DNA of 64,000 nucleotides, from positions 39,866,001 to 39,930,000 of the forward strand of contig OZ024750.1 in assembly GCA_964016885.1 (NCBI GenBank), read 5' to 3'. The number at the start of each line of letters is the position of its first letter. The stretch's first letter is position 1. Positions 25,366 through 39,590 of this stretch are shown in pieces. A model generated the notes under the pieces. It was given only the letters and a program-made list of their open reading frames with translations, did not search any database and had not been told where the DNA came from. Source of the stretch: Eledone cirrhosa (taxonomy: Eukaryota). The translations under genes and the position numbers were made by a program.

Positions 25366-27237
25366 TGCTATAGTAGGCACTTACCCAAGGTGGCATACTG
25401 GGGATTGAGGCTATAGTAGACACTTACCCAAGGTGGCATACTGGGGGATTGAGGCTATAGTAGGCACTTACCCAAGGTGGCATACTGGGGGATTGAGGCT
25501 ATAGTAGACACTTACCCAAGGTGGCATACTGGGGGATTGAGGCTATATATAGTAGACACTTACCCAAGGTGGCATACTGGGGGATTGAAGCTATAGTAGA
25601 CACTTACCCAAGGTGGCATACTGGGGGATTGAGGCTATAGTAGGCACTTACCCAAGGTGGCATACTGGGGGATTGAGGCTATAGTAGGCACTTACCCAAG
25701 GTGGCATACTGGGGGATTGAGGCTATAGTAGACACTTACCCACGGTGGCATACTGGGGGATTGAGGCTATAGTAGACACTTTCCCAAGGTGGCATACTGG
25801 GGGATTGAGGCTATAGTAGGCACTTACCCAAGGTGGCATACTGGGGTATTGAGGCTATATTTGGCACTTGCCCAAGGTGGCATACTGGGGGATTGAGGCT
25901 ATAGTAGGCACTTGCCCAAGGTGGCATACTGGAGGATTGAGGCTATAGTAGACACTTACCCAAGGTGGCATATAGGAGGACTAAGGCGATAAGACACTTG
26001 CCCCATGTACCATATAGGAGGACTGAGGCTATAGTAGATACTTGCCCAAGGTGGCATGCTGGAGGACTGAGGCTATAATAGACACTTGCCCAAGGTACCA
26101 TACAGGACTGAGGCTATAGTAGACACTTACCCAGGGTACCATACAGGAGGACTGAGGCTATAGTAGACACTTGCCCAAGGTACCATATAGGAGGACAGGC
26201 TATAGTAGACACTTACCCAAGGTACCATACTGGAAGATTGAGGCTATAGTAGACACTTACCCAAGGTACCATACAGAACTGAGGCTATAATAGACACTTA
26301 CCCAAGGTACCATACAGGACTGAGGCTATAGTAGACACTTACCCAAGGTGGCATATAGGAGGACTGAGACTACAGTAGACACTTGCCCAAGGTGGCATAT
26401 AGGAGGACTGAGGCTATAGTAGACACTTGCCCAAGGTACCAAACAGGAGGACTGAGGCTATAGTAGACACTTGCCCAAGGTACCATATAGGAGGACAGGC
26501 TATAGTAGACATTACCCAAGGTACCATACTGGACTGAGGCTATAGTAGGGACTTGCCCAAGGTGGCATATAGGAGGACTGAGACTACAGTAGACACTTGC
26601 CCAAGGTGGCATACTGGAAGACTGAGGCTATAGTAGACACTTGCCCAAGGTACCACACAGGAGGACTGAGGCTATAGTAGACACTTGCCCAAGGTACCAT
26701 ATAGGAGGACTGAGGCTATAGTAGACACTTGCCCAAGGTACCATGCAGGAGGACTGAGGCTATAGTAGACACTTGCCCAAGGTACCATATAGGAGGACTG
26801 AGGCTATAGTAGACACTTGCCCAAGGTACCATATAGGAGGACTGAGGCTATAGTAGACACTTGCCCAAGGTACCACACAGGAGGACTGAGGCTATAGTAG
26901 ACACTTGCCCAAGGTACCACACAGGAGGACTGAGGCTATAGTAGACACTTGCCCAAGGTACCATATAGGAGGACTGAGGCTATAGTAGACACTTACCCAA
27001 GGTACCATACAGGAGGACTGAGGCTATAGTAGACACTTACCCAAGGTACCATACAGGAGGACTGCGGCTATAGTAGACACTTACCCAAGGTACCATACAG
27101 GAGGACTGAGGCTATAGTAGACACTTACCCAAGGTACCATACAGGAGGACTGAGGCTATAGTAGACACTTACCCAAGGTACCATATAGGAGGACTGCGGC
27201 TATAGTAGACACTTACCCAAGGTACCATACAGGACTG
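25366..27237. repeat. 44-bp SINE-derived minisatellite, ~42 copies
   Basis: Unit GCTATAGTAGACACTTRCCCAAGGTRSCATAYWGGRGGAYTGAG. Confidence 0.95.
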
Positions 27238-28178
27238 ACTCTAGATCCACGTGATTGATAAGCAAACACCTTAACAACACTGCCATTTCTGCATATATTT
27301 ATATTTCTAAACAAAATTTATATCTTTTAGATTGACTGGGTCCCTAAAGTTTCTACTCTGTGGTAACTAATGGACTCCCAAGATATATAAATAAATGTCT
27401 CTCTAATACCAGTATTGAGCACTCCTTCCTTTGTAAATACTATTTATAATCGCATGTGTTAACAACCCTAGCATTATCGTTAAAGTCATTCTGCCTTTGC
27501 TTTTGTTTCTACAATACAATACTGTTTATAATAAAGTCCCCTTACTAACAGAGTTGATGATGATGATGATGAAGTCTGTATTTACCGAAAACACCTTCCA
27601 TCATAATTTAATGTAAGAATTTTTATTAAGTTATGCTCAAAACATCTACTTAGCAATAAGAAAGTTACATTACCAAATCCCTCTGAGTTTTGAATTATTT
27701 TCAAAATTATGTGAAAATCATTTGCGGCGTCTTTCATTAAAAATGTGGTAATTGAAAGAATTTTTAAAAAAGAAAGAAACTTGATGTTTAAGAAAAATTA
27801 GATGTAAATTTATTTTGAATCTTTACTTTTTTTCTTTTTTCAAATATTTAAAATTAAAAGTCAAACTACATTTTCTTTTCTTCATATTTTTATATTTCTA
27901 CATCCATATTTCCCAGTTTTGCTAGATCAGATCTGATTGAGCAAACCTATGATGAAAGGCATTCCAATTGTGACCATCCCATCTGTTTCTTGTGCAAAGA
28001 ACGCATTATCCAACATGCCCTTTTACAGGACAGTGAATTGTGGTTTGAAGGGAATTTTGTTGTTATTTCTAGCAGCTTATGTGGCTATGCAGAGTGTTCC
28101 TCCTTGGCTCATGTTTCTGCTGTGATTACCAAATCAGTGATGCCATTCGTGGATTTCAATCCTTTCTTTAACCTCTTC

Positions 28179-31100
28179 AGTGCCACAGATGAGATAACTC
28201 ATCCTAACATGTATACACTCCAGTCCCACAGATAAGATAACTCATCCTAACATGTATACACTCCAGTGCTGTAGATAAGATAACTCATCCTAACATGTAT
28301 ACACTCCAGTCCCACAGATGAGATAACTCATCCTAACATGTATACACTCCAGTCCCACAGATGAGATAACTCATCCTAACATGTATACACTCCAGTGCCA
28401 CAGATGAGATAACTCATCCTAACATGTATACACTTCAGTGCCACAGATGAGATAACTCATCCTAACATGTATACACTCCAGTGCTGTAGATAAGATAACT
28501 CATCCTAACATGTATACACTCCAGTCCCACAGATGAGATAACTCATCCTAACATGTATACACTCCAGTGCCACAGATGAGATAACTCATCCTAACATGTA
28601 TACACTCCAGTCCCACAGATAAGATAACTCATCCTAACATGTATACACTCCAGTGCCACAGATAAGATAACTCGTCTTAACATGTATACACTCCAGTCCC
28701 ACAGATAAGATAACTCATCCTAACATGTATACACTCCAGTGCCACAGATGAGATAACTCATCCTAACATGTATACACTCCAGTCCCACAGATGAGATAAC
28801 TCATCCTAACATGTATACACTCCAGTGCCACAGATGAGATAACTCATCCTAACATGTATACACTCCAGTGCCACAGATGAGATAACTCATCCTAACATGT
28901 ATACACTCCAGTGCCACAGATGAGATAACTCATCCTAACATGTATACACTCCAGTGCTGTAGATAAGATAACTCATCCTAACATGTATACACTCCAGTCC
29001 CACAGATGAGATAACTCATCCTAACATGTATACACTCCAGTGCCACAGATGAGATAACTCATCCTAACATGTATACACTCCAGTCCCACAGATAAGATAA
29101 CTCATCCTAACATGTATACACTCCAGTGCCACAGATAAGATAACTCGTCTTAACATGTATACACTCCAGTCCCACAGATAAGATAACTCATCCTAACATG
29201 TATACACTCCAGTGCCACAGATGAGATAACTCATCCTAACATGTATACACTCCAGTCCCACAGATGAGATAACTCATCCTAACATGTATACACTCCAGTG
29301 CCACAGATAAGATAACTCATCCTAACATGTATACACTCCAGTCCCACAGATAAGATAACTCATCCTAACATGTATACACTCCAGTCCCACAGATGAGATA
29401 ACTCATCCTAACATGTATACACTCCAGTCCCACAGATGAGATAACTCATCCTAACATGTATACACTCCAGTCCCACAGATGAGATAACTCATCCTAACAT
29501 GTATACACTCCAGTCCCACAGATGAGATAACTCATCCTAACATGTATACACTCCAGTCCCACAGATGAGATAACTCGTCTTAACATGTATACACTCCAGT
29601 CCCACAGATGAGATAACTCATCTTAACATGTATACACTCCAGTCCCACAGATGAGATAACTCATCCTAACATGTATACACTCCAGTCCCACAGATGAGAT
29701 AACTCATCCTAACATGTATACACTCCAGTCCCACAGATGAGATAACTCATCCTAACATGTATACACTCCAGTGCTGTAGATAAGATAACTCATCCTAACA
29801 TGTATACACTCCAGTCCCACAGATGAGATAACTCATCTTAACATGTATACACTCCAGTCCCACAGATGAGATAACTCATCCTAACATGTATACACTCCAG
29901 TCCCACAGATGAGATAACTCATCCTAACATGTATACACTCCAGTCCCACAGATGAGATAACTCATCCTAACATGTATACACTCCAGTCCCACAGATGAGA
30001 TAACTCATCCTAACATGTATACACTCCAGTCCCACAGATGAGATAACTCATCCTAACATGTATACACTCCAGTGCTGTAGATAAGATAACTCATCCTAAC
30101 ATGTATACACTCCAGTCCCACAGATGAGATAACTCATCTTAACATGTATACACTCCAGTCCCACAGATGAGATAACTCATCCTAACATGTATACACTCCA
30201 GTCCCACAGATGAGATAACTCATCCTAACATGTATACACTCCAGTCCCACAGATGAGATAACTCATCCTAACATGTATACACTCCAGTCCCACAGATGAG
30301 ATAACTCATCCTAACATGTATACACTCCAGTGCCACAGATGAGATAACTCGTCCTAACATGTATACACTCCAGTCCCACAGATGAGATAACTCATCCTAA
30401 CATGTATACACTCCAGTCCCACAGATGAGATAACTCATCCTAACATGTATACACTCCAGTGCCACAGATGAGATAACTCGTCCTAACATGTATACACTCC
30501 AGTGCCACAGATGAGATAACTCATCTTAACATGTATACACTCCAGTCCCACAGATGAGATAACTCATCCTAACATGTATACACTCCAGTCCCACAGATGA
30601 GATAACTCATCCTAACATGTATACACTCCAGTCCCACAGATATGATAACTCATCCTAACATGTATACACTCCAGTGCCACAGATGAGATAACTCATCCTA
30701 ACATGTATACACTCCAGTCCCACAGATGAGATAACTCATCCTAACATGTATACACTCCAGTCCCACAGATGAGATAACTCATCCTAACATGTATACACTC
30801 CAGTCCCACAGATGAGATAACTCATCCTAACATGTATACACTCCAGTGCCACAGATGAGATAACTCATCCTAACATGTATACACTCCAGTGCCACAGATG
30901 AGATAACTCATCCTAACATGTATACACTCCAGTCCCACAGATGAGATAACTCATCCTAACATGTATACACTCCAGTCCCACAGATGAGATAACTCATCCT
31001 AACATGTATACACTCCAGTCCCACAGATGAGATAACTCATCCTAACATGTATACACTCCAGTGCCACAGATGAGATAACTCATCCTAACATGTATACACT

Positions 31101-33967
31101 CCAGTGCCACAGATGAGATAACTCATCCTAACATGTATACACTCCAGTCCCACAGATGAGATAACTCATCCTAACATGTATACACTCCAGTGCCACAGAT
31201 GAGATAACTCATCCTAACATGTATACACTCCAGTCCCACAGATGAGATAACTCATCCTAACATGTATACACTCCAGTCCCACAGATGAGATAACTCATCC
31301 TAACATGTATACACTCCAGTCCCACAGATGAGATAACTCATCCTAACATGTATACACTCCAGTCCCACAGATGAGATAACTCATCCTAACATGTATACAC
31401 TCCAGTCCCACAGATGAGATAACTCATCCTAACATGTATACACTCCATTCCCACAGATGAGATAACTCATCTTAACATGTATACACTCCAGTCCCACAGA
31501 TGAGATAACTCATCCTAACATGTATACACTCCAGTGCCACAGATGAGATAACTCATCTTAACATGTATACACTCCAGTGCCACAGATGAGATAACTCGTC
31601 CTAACATGTATACACTCCAGTCCCACAGATGAGATAACTCATCCTAACATGTATACACTCCAGTCCCACAGATGAGATAACTCATCCTAACATGTATACA
31701 CTCCAGTGCCACAGATGAGATAACTCGTCCTAACATGTATACACTCCAGTGCCACAGATGAGATAACTCATCTTAACATGTATACACTCCAGTCCCACAG
31801 ATGAGATAACTCATCCTAACATGTATACACTCCAGTGCCACAGATGAGATAACTCATCCTAACATGTATACACTCCAGTCCCACAGATGAGATAACTCAT
31901 CCTAACATGTATACACTCCAGTCCCACAGATGAGATAACTCATCCTAACATGTATACACTCCAGTCCCACAGATGAGATAACTCATCCTAACATGTATAC
32001 ACTCCAGTCCCACAGATGAGATAACTCATCCTAACATGTATACACTCCAGTCCCACAGATGAGATAACTCATCCTAACATGTATACACTCCAGTCCCACA
32101 GATGAGATAACTCATCCTAACATGTATACACTCCAGTCCCACAGATAACTCATCCTAACATGTATACACTCCAGTGCCACAGATGAGATAACTCATCCTA
32201 ACATGTATACACTCCAGTCCCACAGATGAGATAACTCATCCTAACATGTATACACTCCAGTCCCACAGATGAGATAACTCATCCTAACATGTATACACTC
32301 CAGTCCCACAGATGAGATAACTCATCCTAACATGTATACACTCCAGTCCCACAGATGAGATAACTCATCCTAACATGTATACACACCAGTCCCACATGAG
32401 ATAACTCATCCTAACATGTATACACTCCAGTCCCACAGATGAGATAACTCATCCTAACATGTATACACTCCAGTCCCACAGATGAGATAACTCATCCTAA
32501 CATGTATACACTCCAGTCCCACAGATGAGATAACTCGTCTTAACATGTATACACTCCAGTGCCACAGATGAGATAACTCATCCTAACATGTATACACTCC
32601 AGTCCCACAGATGAGATAACTCGTCTTAACATGTATACACTCCAGTCCCACAGATGAGATAACTCATCCTAACATGTATACACTCCAGTCCCACAGATGA
32701 GATAACTCGTCTTAACATGTATACACTCCAGTCCCACAGATGAGATAACTCATCCTAACATGTATACACTCCAGTGCCACAGATAAGATAACTCATCCTA
32801 ACATGTATACACTCCAGTGCCACAGATGAGATAACTCGTCTTAACATGTATACACTCCAGTCCCACAGATGAGATAACTCATCCTAACATGTATACACTC
32901 CAGTCCCACAGATGAGATAACTCGTCTTAACATGTATACACTCCAGTCCCACAGATGAGATAACTCATCCTAACATGTATACACTCCAGTCCCACAGATG
33001 AGATAACTCATCCTAACATGTATACACTCCAGTCCCACAGATGAGATAACTCATCCTAACATGTATACACTCCAGTCCCACAGATGAGATAACTCATCCT
33101 AACATGTATACACTCCAGTCCCACAGATGAGATAACTCGTCTTAACATGTATACACTCCAGTGCCACAGATGAGATAACTCATCTTAACATGTATACACT
33201 CCAGTGCCACAGATGAGATAACTCATCCTAACATGTATACACTCCAGTCCCACAGATGAGATAACTCGTCTTAACATGTATACACTCCAGTCCCACAGAT
33301 GAGATAACTCATCCTAACATGTATACACTCCAGTGCCACAGATAAGATAACTCATCCTAACATGTATACACTCCAGTGCCACAGATGAGATAACTCGTCT
33401 TAACATGTATACACTCCAGTCCCACAGATGAGATAACTCATCCTAACATGTATACACTCCAGTCCCACAGATGAGATAACTCGTCTTAACATGTATACAC
33501 TCCAGTCCCACAGATGAGATAACTCATCCTAACATGTATACACTCCAGTCCCACAGATGAGATAACTCATCCTAACATGTATACACTCCAGTCCCACAGA
33601 TGAGATAACTCATCCTAACATGTATACACTCCAGTCCCACAGATGAGATAACTCATCCTAACATGTATACACTCCAGTCCCACAGATGAGATAACTCGTC
33701 TTAACATGTATACACTCCAGTGCCACAGATGAGATAACTCATCTTAACATGTATACACTCCAGTGCCACAGATGAGATAACTCATCCTAACATGTATACA
33801 CTCCAGTCCCACAGATGAGATAACTCGTCATAACATGTATACACTCCAGTCCCACAGATGAGATAACTCGTCATAACATGTATACACTCCAGTCCCACAG
33901 ATAAGATAACTCGTCATAACATGTATACACTCCAGTCCCACAGATAAGATAACTCGTCTTAACATGT
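28179..33967. repeat. 43-bp minisatellite, ~134 copies, intronic
   Basis: Unit AGTSCCACAGATGAGATAACTCATCCTAACATGTATACACTCC. Confidence 0.98.
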
Positions 33968-34076
33968 TTGAACTCATTTCCAACAGTTCATAGCTTCAAA
34001 GCTAGATGGAGTTACTAGTTTATTGATGTGACATTTATCAATCATAATAGTCATTCTACTGAAACAAAACACCCAG

Positions 34077-34276
34077 CACAGCAACTGTAGCTGTGTCAAG
34101 TATACACAGCAGTCAACACAGCAACTGTAGCTGTGTAAAGTATACACAGCAGTCAACACAGCAACTGTAGCTGTGTAAAGTATACACGGCAGTCAACACA
34201 GCAACTGTAGCTGTGTAAAGTATACACAGCAGTCAACACAGCAACTGTAGCTGTGTAAAGTATACACAGCAGTCAA
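34077..34276. repeat. 40-bp minisatellite, 5 copies
   Basis: Unit CACAGCAACTGTAGCTGTGTAAAGTATACACAGCAGTCAA. Confidence 0.95.
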
Positions 34277-34570
34277 TAGGTTAAAGAAAGAAAAATGTTA
34301 CTTTTTCAGAACTTTGATTTATGCTTCTCAATTGGATGACATATCATCATCATCGTTTTAACGACTACCCTCCTTGCTACCAAGGGTTGGACAGGTCTAC
34401 TTAGAACAGTTCAGTAAAGAAGAACTGTTCTAAGTAGACCTGTCCAACCCTTGGTAGCAAGGATGGTAGTCGTTAAAACGATGATGATGATATGTCATCA
34501 AATTGAAAAGCATAAATCAAAGTTCTGAAAAAACATTTTTCTTTCTTTAACCTGTTGACTGCTGTGTATA
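34261..34570. repeat. Intronic inverted repeat, ~150-bp arms, 9-bp spacer
   Basis: 34261-34412 vs 34422-34570. Confidence 0.92.
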
Positions 34571-34876
34571 TGATTTTCACATAAGAGATCTGCATCTTAT
34601 GTACGGTCTCTTGTTCTACCAAGTGCACAGGTTGTCTTGTCTTTCACTGAAGGTTCCACCCAGCCCTTTCTTTAGCAAGCTTTAAAATTGTATTTGTTGC
34701 TTACTCTACTTTTCATCATCATCATCTTCGTTTAACGTCCATCTTCCATGCTAGCATGGGTTTATAAAAATAAAATATATATTCTATATTATATAGAATT
34801 TTTGGAAGATTTCACTTTTCTTTCACAGTTTTTATTCCATACATTGATATGAATAGTTTTCATGTTTTCAATTTCT

Positions 34877-35009
34877 CGGCTGAGCTCTGGCTGTTTGGAT
34901 AGCTAGATTTGAATCTTTTCATATTACCCACTCTACTACCTCAAGAATCGAGTACTCTGGTGGGTTATAGTCCACCTGGTAGCTTACCACACCCTCTCTG
35001 ATACTTTTC

Positions 35010-35072
<63 letters not shown>

Positions 35073-35125
35073 AAAAGAGTCAGGACTCTGACGGCTGAGC
35101 TCCGGTCATTTTGACAGCTTGCTCA
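34877..35125. mobile_element. Decayed copy of the 5587-5950 dispersed element, split by (TA)n
   Basis: TATTACCCACTCTACTACC and GGAAAAGAGTCAGGA..GACGGCTGAGCTCCGG are shared. Confidence 0.7.
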
Positions 35126-35308
35126 TATATATTATATATATATGAGAGAAGAGAGATTTGAACAAGCTAAATATTTATAGAAGTTTTTATTTTCCTGAAG
35201 TGTGTATACATTTTTGGGCCAACTCTGTATATACCATTATCGTCATCATCATCACCATTTTCATGTTAACATATACTTATTTTTCTTTTTCTTTTTATCT
35301 GTTTTCAG

Positions 35309-36217
35309 TTTCCCAACATAATGTGGCGATTGTTAAGCAGTGTATCTGGAGTTAATTTGGAGAAGGTTGTTGATTTAGCTGAACAGACTCAGCTAGGCTC
35401 TCCTGAAGAGCGGCAAAAGACAATTGAACACATTGCCTTTTACATGGATCGCTGGTTGGAAACCTACCGAGAATATAAAATGAACTATGTCGTACGAATG
35501 AGACAAAAAATGACAAAAGTTTGTTGTCTGATGTGTTCGAAAAGAGAGGGAACATTTTTAGTTGGATTCTATGTTTGTGTGAAAGCTTTGTATGCTGTAA
35601 ATGTCATTGGACAGTTTTTCCTATTGAATGCTTTTATGTCCAATCAGTTTTCAGTATATGGTTATGAAGTTCTTGAAATGGTACGCAATAAGATTCCTTG
35701 GAAAGAATCTGTAAGATTTCCACGTGTAACTCTCTGTGATTTTGAAATAAGACAGTTACAAAATATCCAACGTTTCACTGTCCAGTGTGTTCTTCCTGTT
35801 AATCTATTTAATGAAAAAATCTTCATTTTCCTTTGGTTTTGGTTAGTCTTTATTTCCGTGGTTACGTGCGGAAATTTGTTGTTATGGATTTATCGCACAA
35901 TTTTCCGCCAGTCCCACGTTAATTACATTGCCAAGTATTTGAAGTCTTCCGAGGATATATTCACCAGTGAAGACAAGAAACTGGTTCACCGTTTCACCAC
36001 AGACTATCTGAGAGATGACGGATTTTTTGTATTACGACTTGTTTCTAAGAACTCTACAGACTTGGTTCTGGTTGACTTAGTGAAAGAATTATGGCATTTG
36101 TACAAAAACAAAAATGGCCGAAAAATGGGTTCTCCAGATCTTAATAGCACATACAAGGATACTCTAGATAAAGATGAAATTACAAAAGATCCATCAAAGC
36201 AGCCTCTAAAATCTTAG
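35309..36217 (+). CDS. inx: Innexin, last coding exon
   Basis: Polypyrimidine tract and cag|TTT, phase 0, joining ...MAFLFK|FPNIMWR. Contains TM3, FPRVTLCDF, QCVLPVNLFNEKIFIFLWFW (second-loop cysteines and TM4), and stop TAG. The protein is 410 aa from ATG 24666, or 421 aa with the upstream micro-exon. Confidence 0.97.
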   Translation, partial: FPNIMWRLLSSVSGVNLEKVVDLAEQTQLGSPEERQKTIEHIAFYMDRWLETYREYKMNYVVRMRQKMTKVCCLMCSKREGTFLVGFYVCVKALYAVNVIGQFFLLNAFMSNQFSVYGYEVLEMVRNKIPWKESVRFPRVTLCDFEIRQLQNIQRFTVQCVLPVNLFNEKIFIFLWFWLVFISVVTCGNLLLWIYRTIFRQSHVNYIAKYLKSSEDIFTSEDKKLVHRFTTDYLRDDGFFVLRLVSKNSTDLVLVDLVKELWHLYKNKNGRKMGSPDLNSTYKDTLDKDEITKDPSKQPLKS

Positions 36218-36530
36218 GTTACTTATAACACACAAATGGTGTTTATTTTGATTCCATCTAAGGAATATCATTCCATTATGTTATTGGTAATTATTTAATT
36301 AATAATTACTGGAAAAAAAAATATGGGAAACCCATTGCTGCTTTTATTTTTTTTTATTTCATTTTTTTTTTTCCTTTCACCTGTAAATGTACAAATTAGA
36401 TGATACACTTGTAGATTTGTAATAGAAAAAGCAAACAAACAAACAATTTAAATATACAAGTCTGTCTTCCTTACCAATATATTTCATTATTTCCTTTCAG
36501 GCCATGCTAAATATCTTTCATTATTTCAAC

Positions 36531-37385
36531 GGGCGGTGGATTGGCAGTATCGGTAGAGGGTCGGACGCCATGCTTTCCAGCATAGTTACGTCCCTTTACG
36601 ATCTGAGTTCAAATCCCGCCGAGGTTGACTTTGCCTTTCATCCTTACGGGGTCGATAAAATAAAGTACCAGTAATGCACTGGGTAATTGCTGGCCTTGTG
36701 CCTAAAGTAGAAACAATTATTTCAACCGGTGTAAAAATGTTTGATGGTAGAGATCAACTTACCTTATAAGCACACACACACCTATTGAGAGAGGTAATAG
36801 GGGTGGATTAGCAGAATTGCTAAGGGCCTGATAAAATGCTGCGTTTGTTCTGGGTCTTTACATTCTGTGTTTAAAACCCTGTTAAGGTCAACTTTTCCTT
36901 CCATCTTTTTGGGGTGTCGATAAAATAGAGTACCAGTCAAGTACTGGGGTCAATGTAATCGACTTTACCTTCAGCACAAAATTACTGGCCTTGTACCTAT
37001 ATTAGCAACTAATACTATTATTAAGAGATAGGTGCAAGCAATGTCTGATAGAATATAGTGTTTCACTACTTGGGTCCAAAGTTATTTTTATTCTACTCAT
37101 GGTATGTTCTAATCTAACTCCTTTAGTGTTCATATAACTATTTAATGAAAATATTTTGGGGGGGTTTTCATCTTCATTATCACCATTATTGTTATTACTG
37201 TGAGGGTGGTGGGTTGGCAGAATTGGTTGAGCGTTGGACAAAGTAAAATGCTTTGTAATATTTAGTTACAGCACTTTTCATCGTTCCGGGGGGGGGGGGG
37301 GGGGGGGTGATAAAGTACTGGAGTATATTTTATCAATTAACCCCCACCCTCACCTCCAATGACTCTCTGTCTAAATTAGAAATCA
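36531..37385 (+). mobile_element. Three SINE family B copies (36531-36716, ~36800-37005, ~37203-37385)
   Basis: Shared head GGTGGATTGGCAG and Deu/Nin-like core; the first copy is flanked by the TTATTTCAAC direct repeat. Confidence 0.75.
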
Positions 37386-39159
37386 TCATCACCATCATCA
37401 TCATCATTATTATTATTATTATTATTATTAACTATTATTATCATTTGTCAACATACTCATCAGAAAACATCTAATTTTTGACTACTCACTAAAATACCAA
37501 AGTCTTTTGCCCATTATGAAAAACAAAACAAAATTAAAGAAATAAAATATACTAACCAAACAAAAAAAAACAATTTGTGGATGTCTCGAGCGTTAGCTGT
37601 CGGTCTCACAGTAACAATGAATTAAAAAAGTTGTAAATATTAGTGATATTTTTACTTGGAGTTCTTTATTTATTTTTGCAACATTTATAAAAATTCCCCT
37701 CTTTTCAGAAATCTGAAGAATCCTACAAATATTACTGCTAATGAATTTATATATTTTTTTTTTTTTTTTTTTTTATTTAAAAAAAATTAAAAAAATTTTT
37801 TTTTTTAATTCTTAATTAATCTCATCTAAAGGTGAATGAATTAATGGAACGTATAAATGAATGCCGTTTTTTTTTTTTTTAATTAATTACTTTTAATTAA
37901 TTACTTTTAATAAAGCAGAAAACTGTACTCACATGCACGCACACACACACGCACACATCTGTGATATTTAACCATCTTTCTAGAATTTTGTAGGAACTTT
38001 TTATTATTTTAATACATTTAGGTGCTTTGGGGAGTCTACATTTCTATACCTAGAAAAGATTTATATATTTTATAAGAGTAACTGACTGCTCCTTTCCTTT
38101 TTTCTTTCCTTTTTTTTTTATATGAGATTATTTTCACCATTTCCAATGACTATCGAATACTTAAGTCATTTTAGAAATGTCATTGTGTTCGACTTGAAGT
38201 ACTTTACATCAATTCATATTGTAGAAATAATTCAGTAGAAATGATAGGACCTATACTGGGAGTAAACAGAGTACCCTTCTACTATATTGGATCCCACCAT
38301 GATTGAATGAAATAAAACTATTTAATAATTAACTAAGACACTTTTTGTGGTCTTTTCTTTAAAATTTTAAATCTATATAGTGTGTAAATTCCACTGTTTT
38401 TAGATGAAATCTTTTAATGTTGCCTGAATGCCTTGTTATCTTAATAGTAGTAACTGTCGAATGTGACTCTTCAGCAAGTGTTGCGGCATTTTCTAGCTGG
38501 AAATTTCTAACCGGGAACAATAAAATCACAAAGTGCTTTTTTTTTTTTTTAAACAACAAAAAAACACACTGAAACAATCATTAAACATTTGATATCTTCA
38601 AGATCTATTTTTTAATATTGAAGTAAAAGAAGTGGACTAATCTACTGGACCAAATACCACAATATAAATAAACTTATTAAATATTCTTTATATTTTTTTT
38701 AAATGATGTGATATGTGTATTTTATTTTCGAAGTCAGCTTTACTTTTCCTCTGGTATTGATAACTAGAGGAGTGTTGTTCCAGTTGATAGAATTTGATGA
38801 GTTCTTCAACAGAATTTGCTGTTGATAACTTCTTTGTAATGTTTTAGTGTTGGAAGTGTTTCCAGAAATAATTCACACATCGTAAAGATTTCGCTATGCT
38901 TATACAAGACTTTGACAATATTTGCCAAGACTTTAATATTTTTGTAAAGCTAAAAAAAAATGATTATCATCATTTTTGCCTTTTAATTTTAAAATGCATT
39001 AAAGATTCTTTAATTTGTTATTTGCTGACACTTTTATTTTTTATTTAAAAACTGTTTAGCTTTTCTATAAAATTGCTTCCCTCCAGCAGTTGGCAGTAAG
39101 GTTTTTGGCTTTTTTTTTTTACTTTACTTGAGAAATATTTTTTAGGAAAATTATAATAA

Positions 39160-39590
39160 GGGTGGTGGCATGGCCGTATCAGTAGAGCGTCGGACAACAT
39201 GCTTTGCGGCATAGAGTTATGGCCTTTTACGTTCTGAGTTCAAATCCTGCCGAGGTTAAGCTTTGCCTTTCATCCTGACAGGAGTCGATAAAATAAAGCA
39301 CCAGAAATAATACACTGAGGTCGATTTAATCGAGAACCCCACTTCCCCCTCTCTGATTGCTGGCCTTGTGCCTATAGTAGAAACCATTATTATTATTATT
39401 ATATTTAGGGTGGTGGATTGGCAGTATCGGTAGAGGGTCGGACGCCATGCTTTGACGCATAGAGTTACGGCTCTTGCCATTCTGAGTTCAAATCCTGCCG
39501 CGGTTAACTTTGCCTTTCATCCTTACGGGGTCGATAAAATAAAGTACCAGTAATGCACTGGCCTTGTGCCAAAAAGTAGAAACAATTATT
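39160..39590 (+). mobile_element. Two tandem SINE family B copies
   Basis: GAGTTCAAATCC B box and GCCTTTCATCCT...GTCGATAAAATAAAG, twice, with (ATT)n tails. Confidence 0.8.

Noticed and set aside
28130-28185. Minus-strand CTGAAGA...GAAA
   Set aside because: Stem II is almost all G.U and stems I and III are not convincing
28179-33967. The 43-bp unit superficially resembles a hammerhead (CAGATGAG...AACATGTA) or a CRISPR repeat
   Set aside because: The core has CAGA rather than CUGA and lacks GAAA. There are no unique spacers or cas genes, and the context is eukaryotic.
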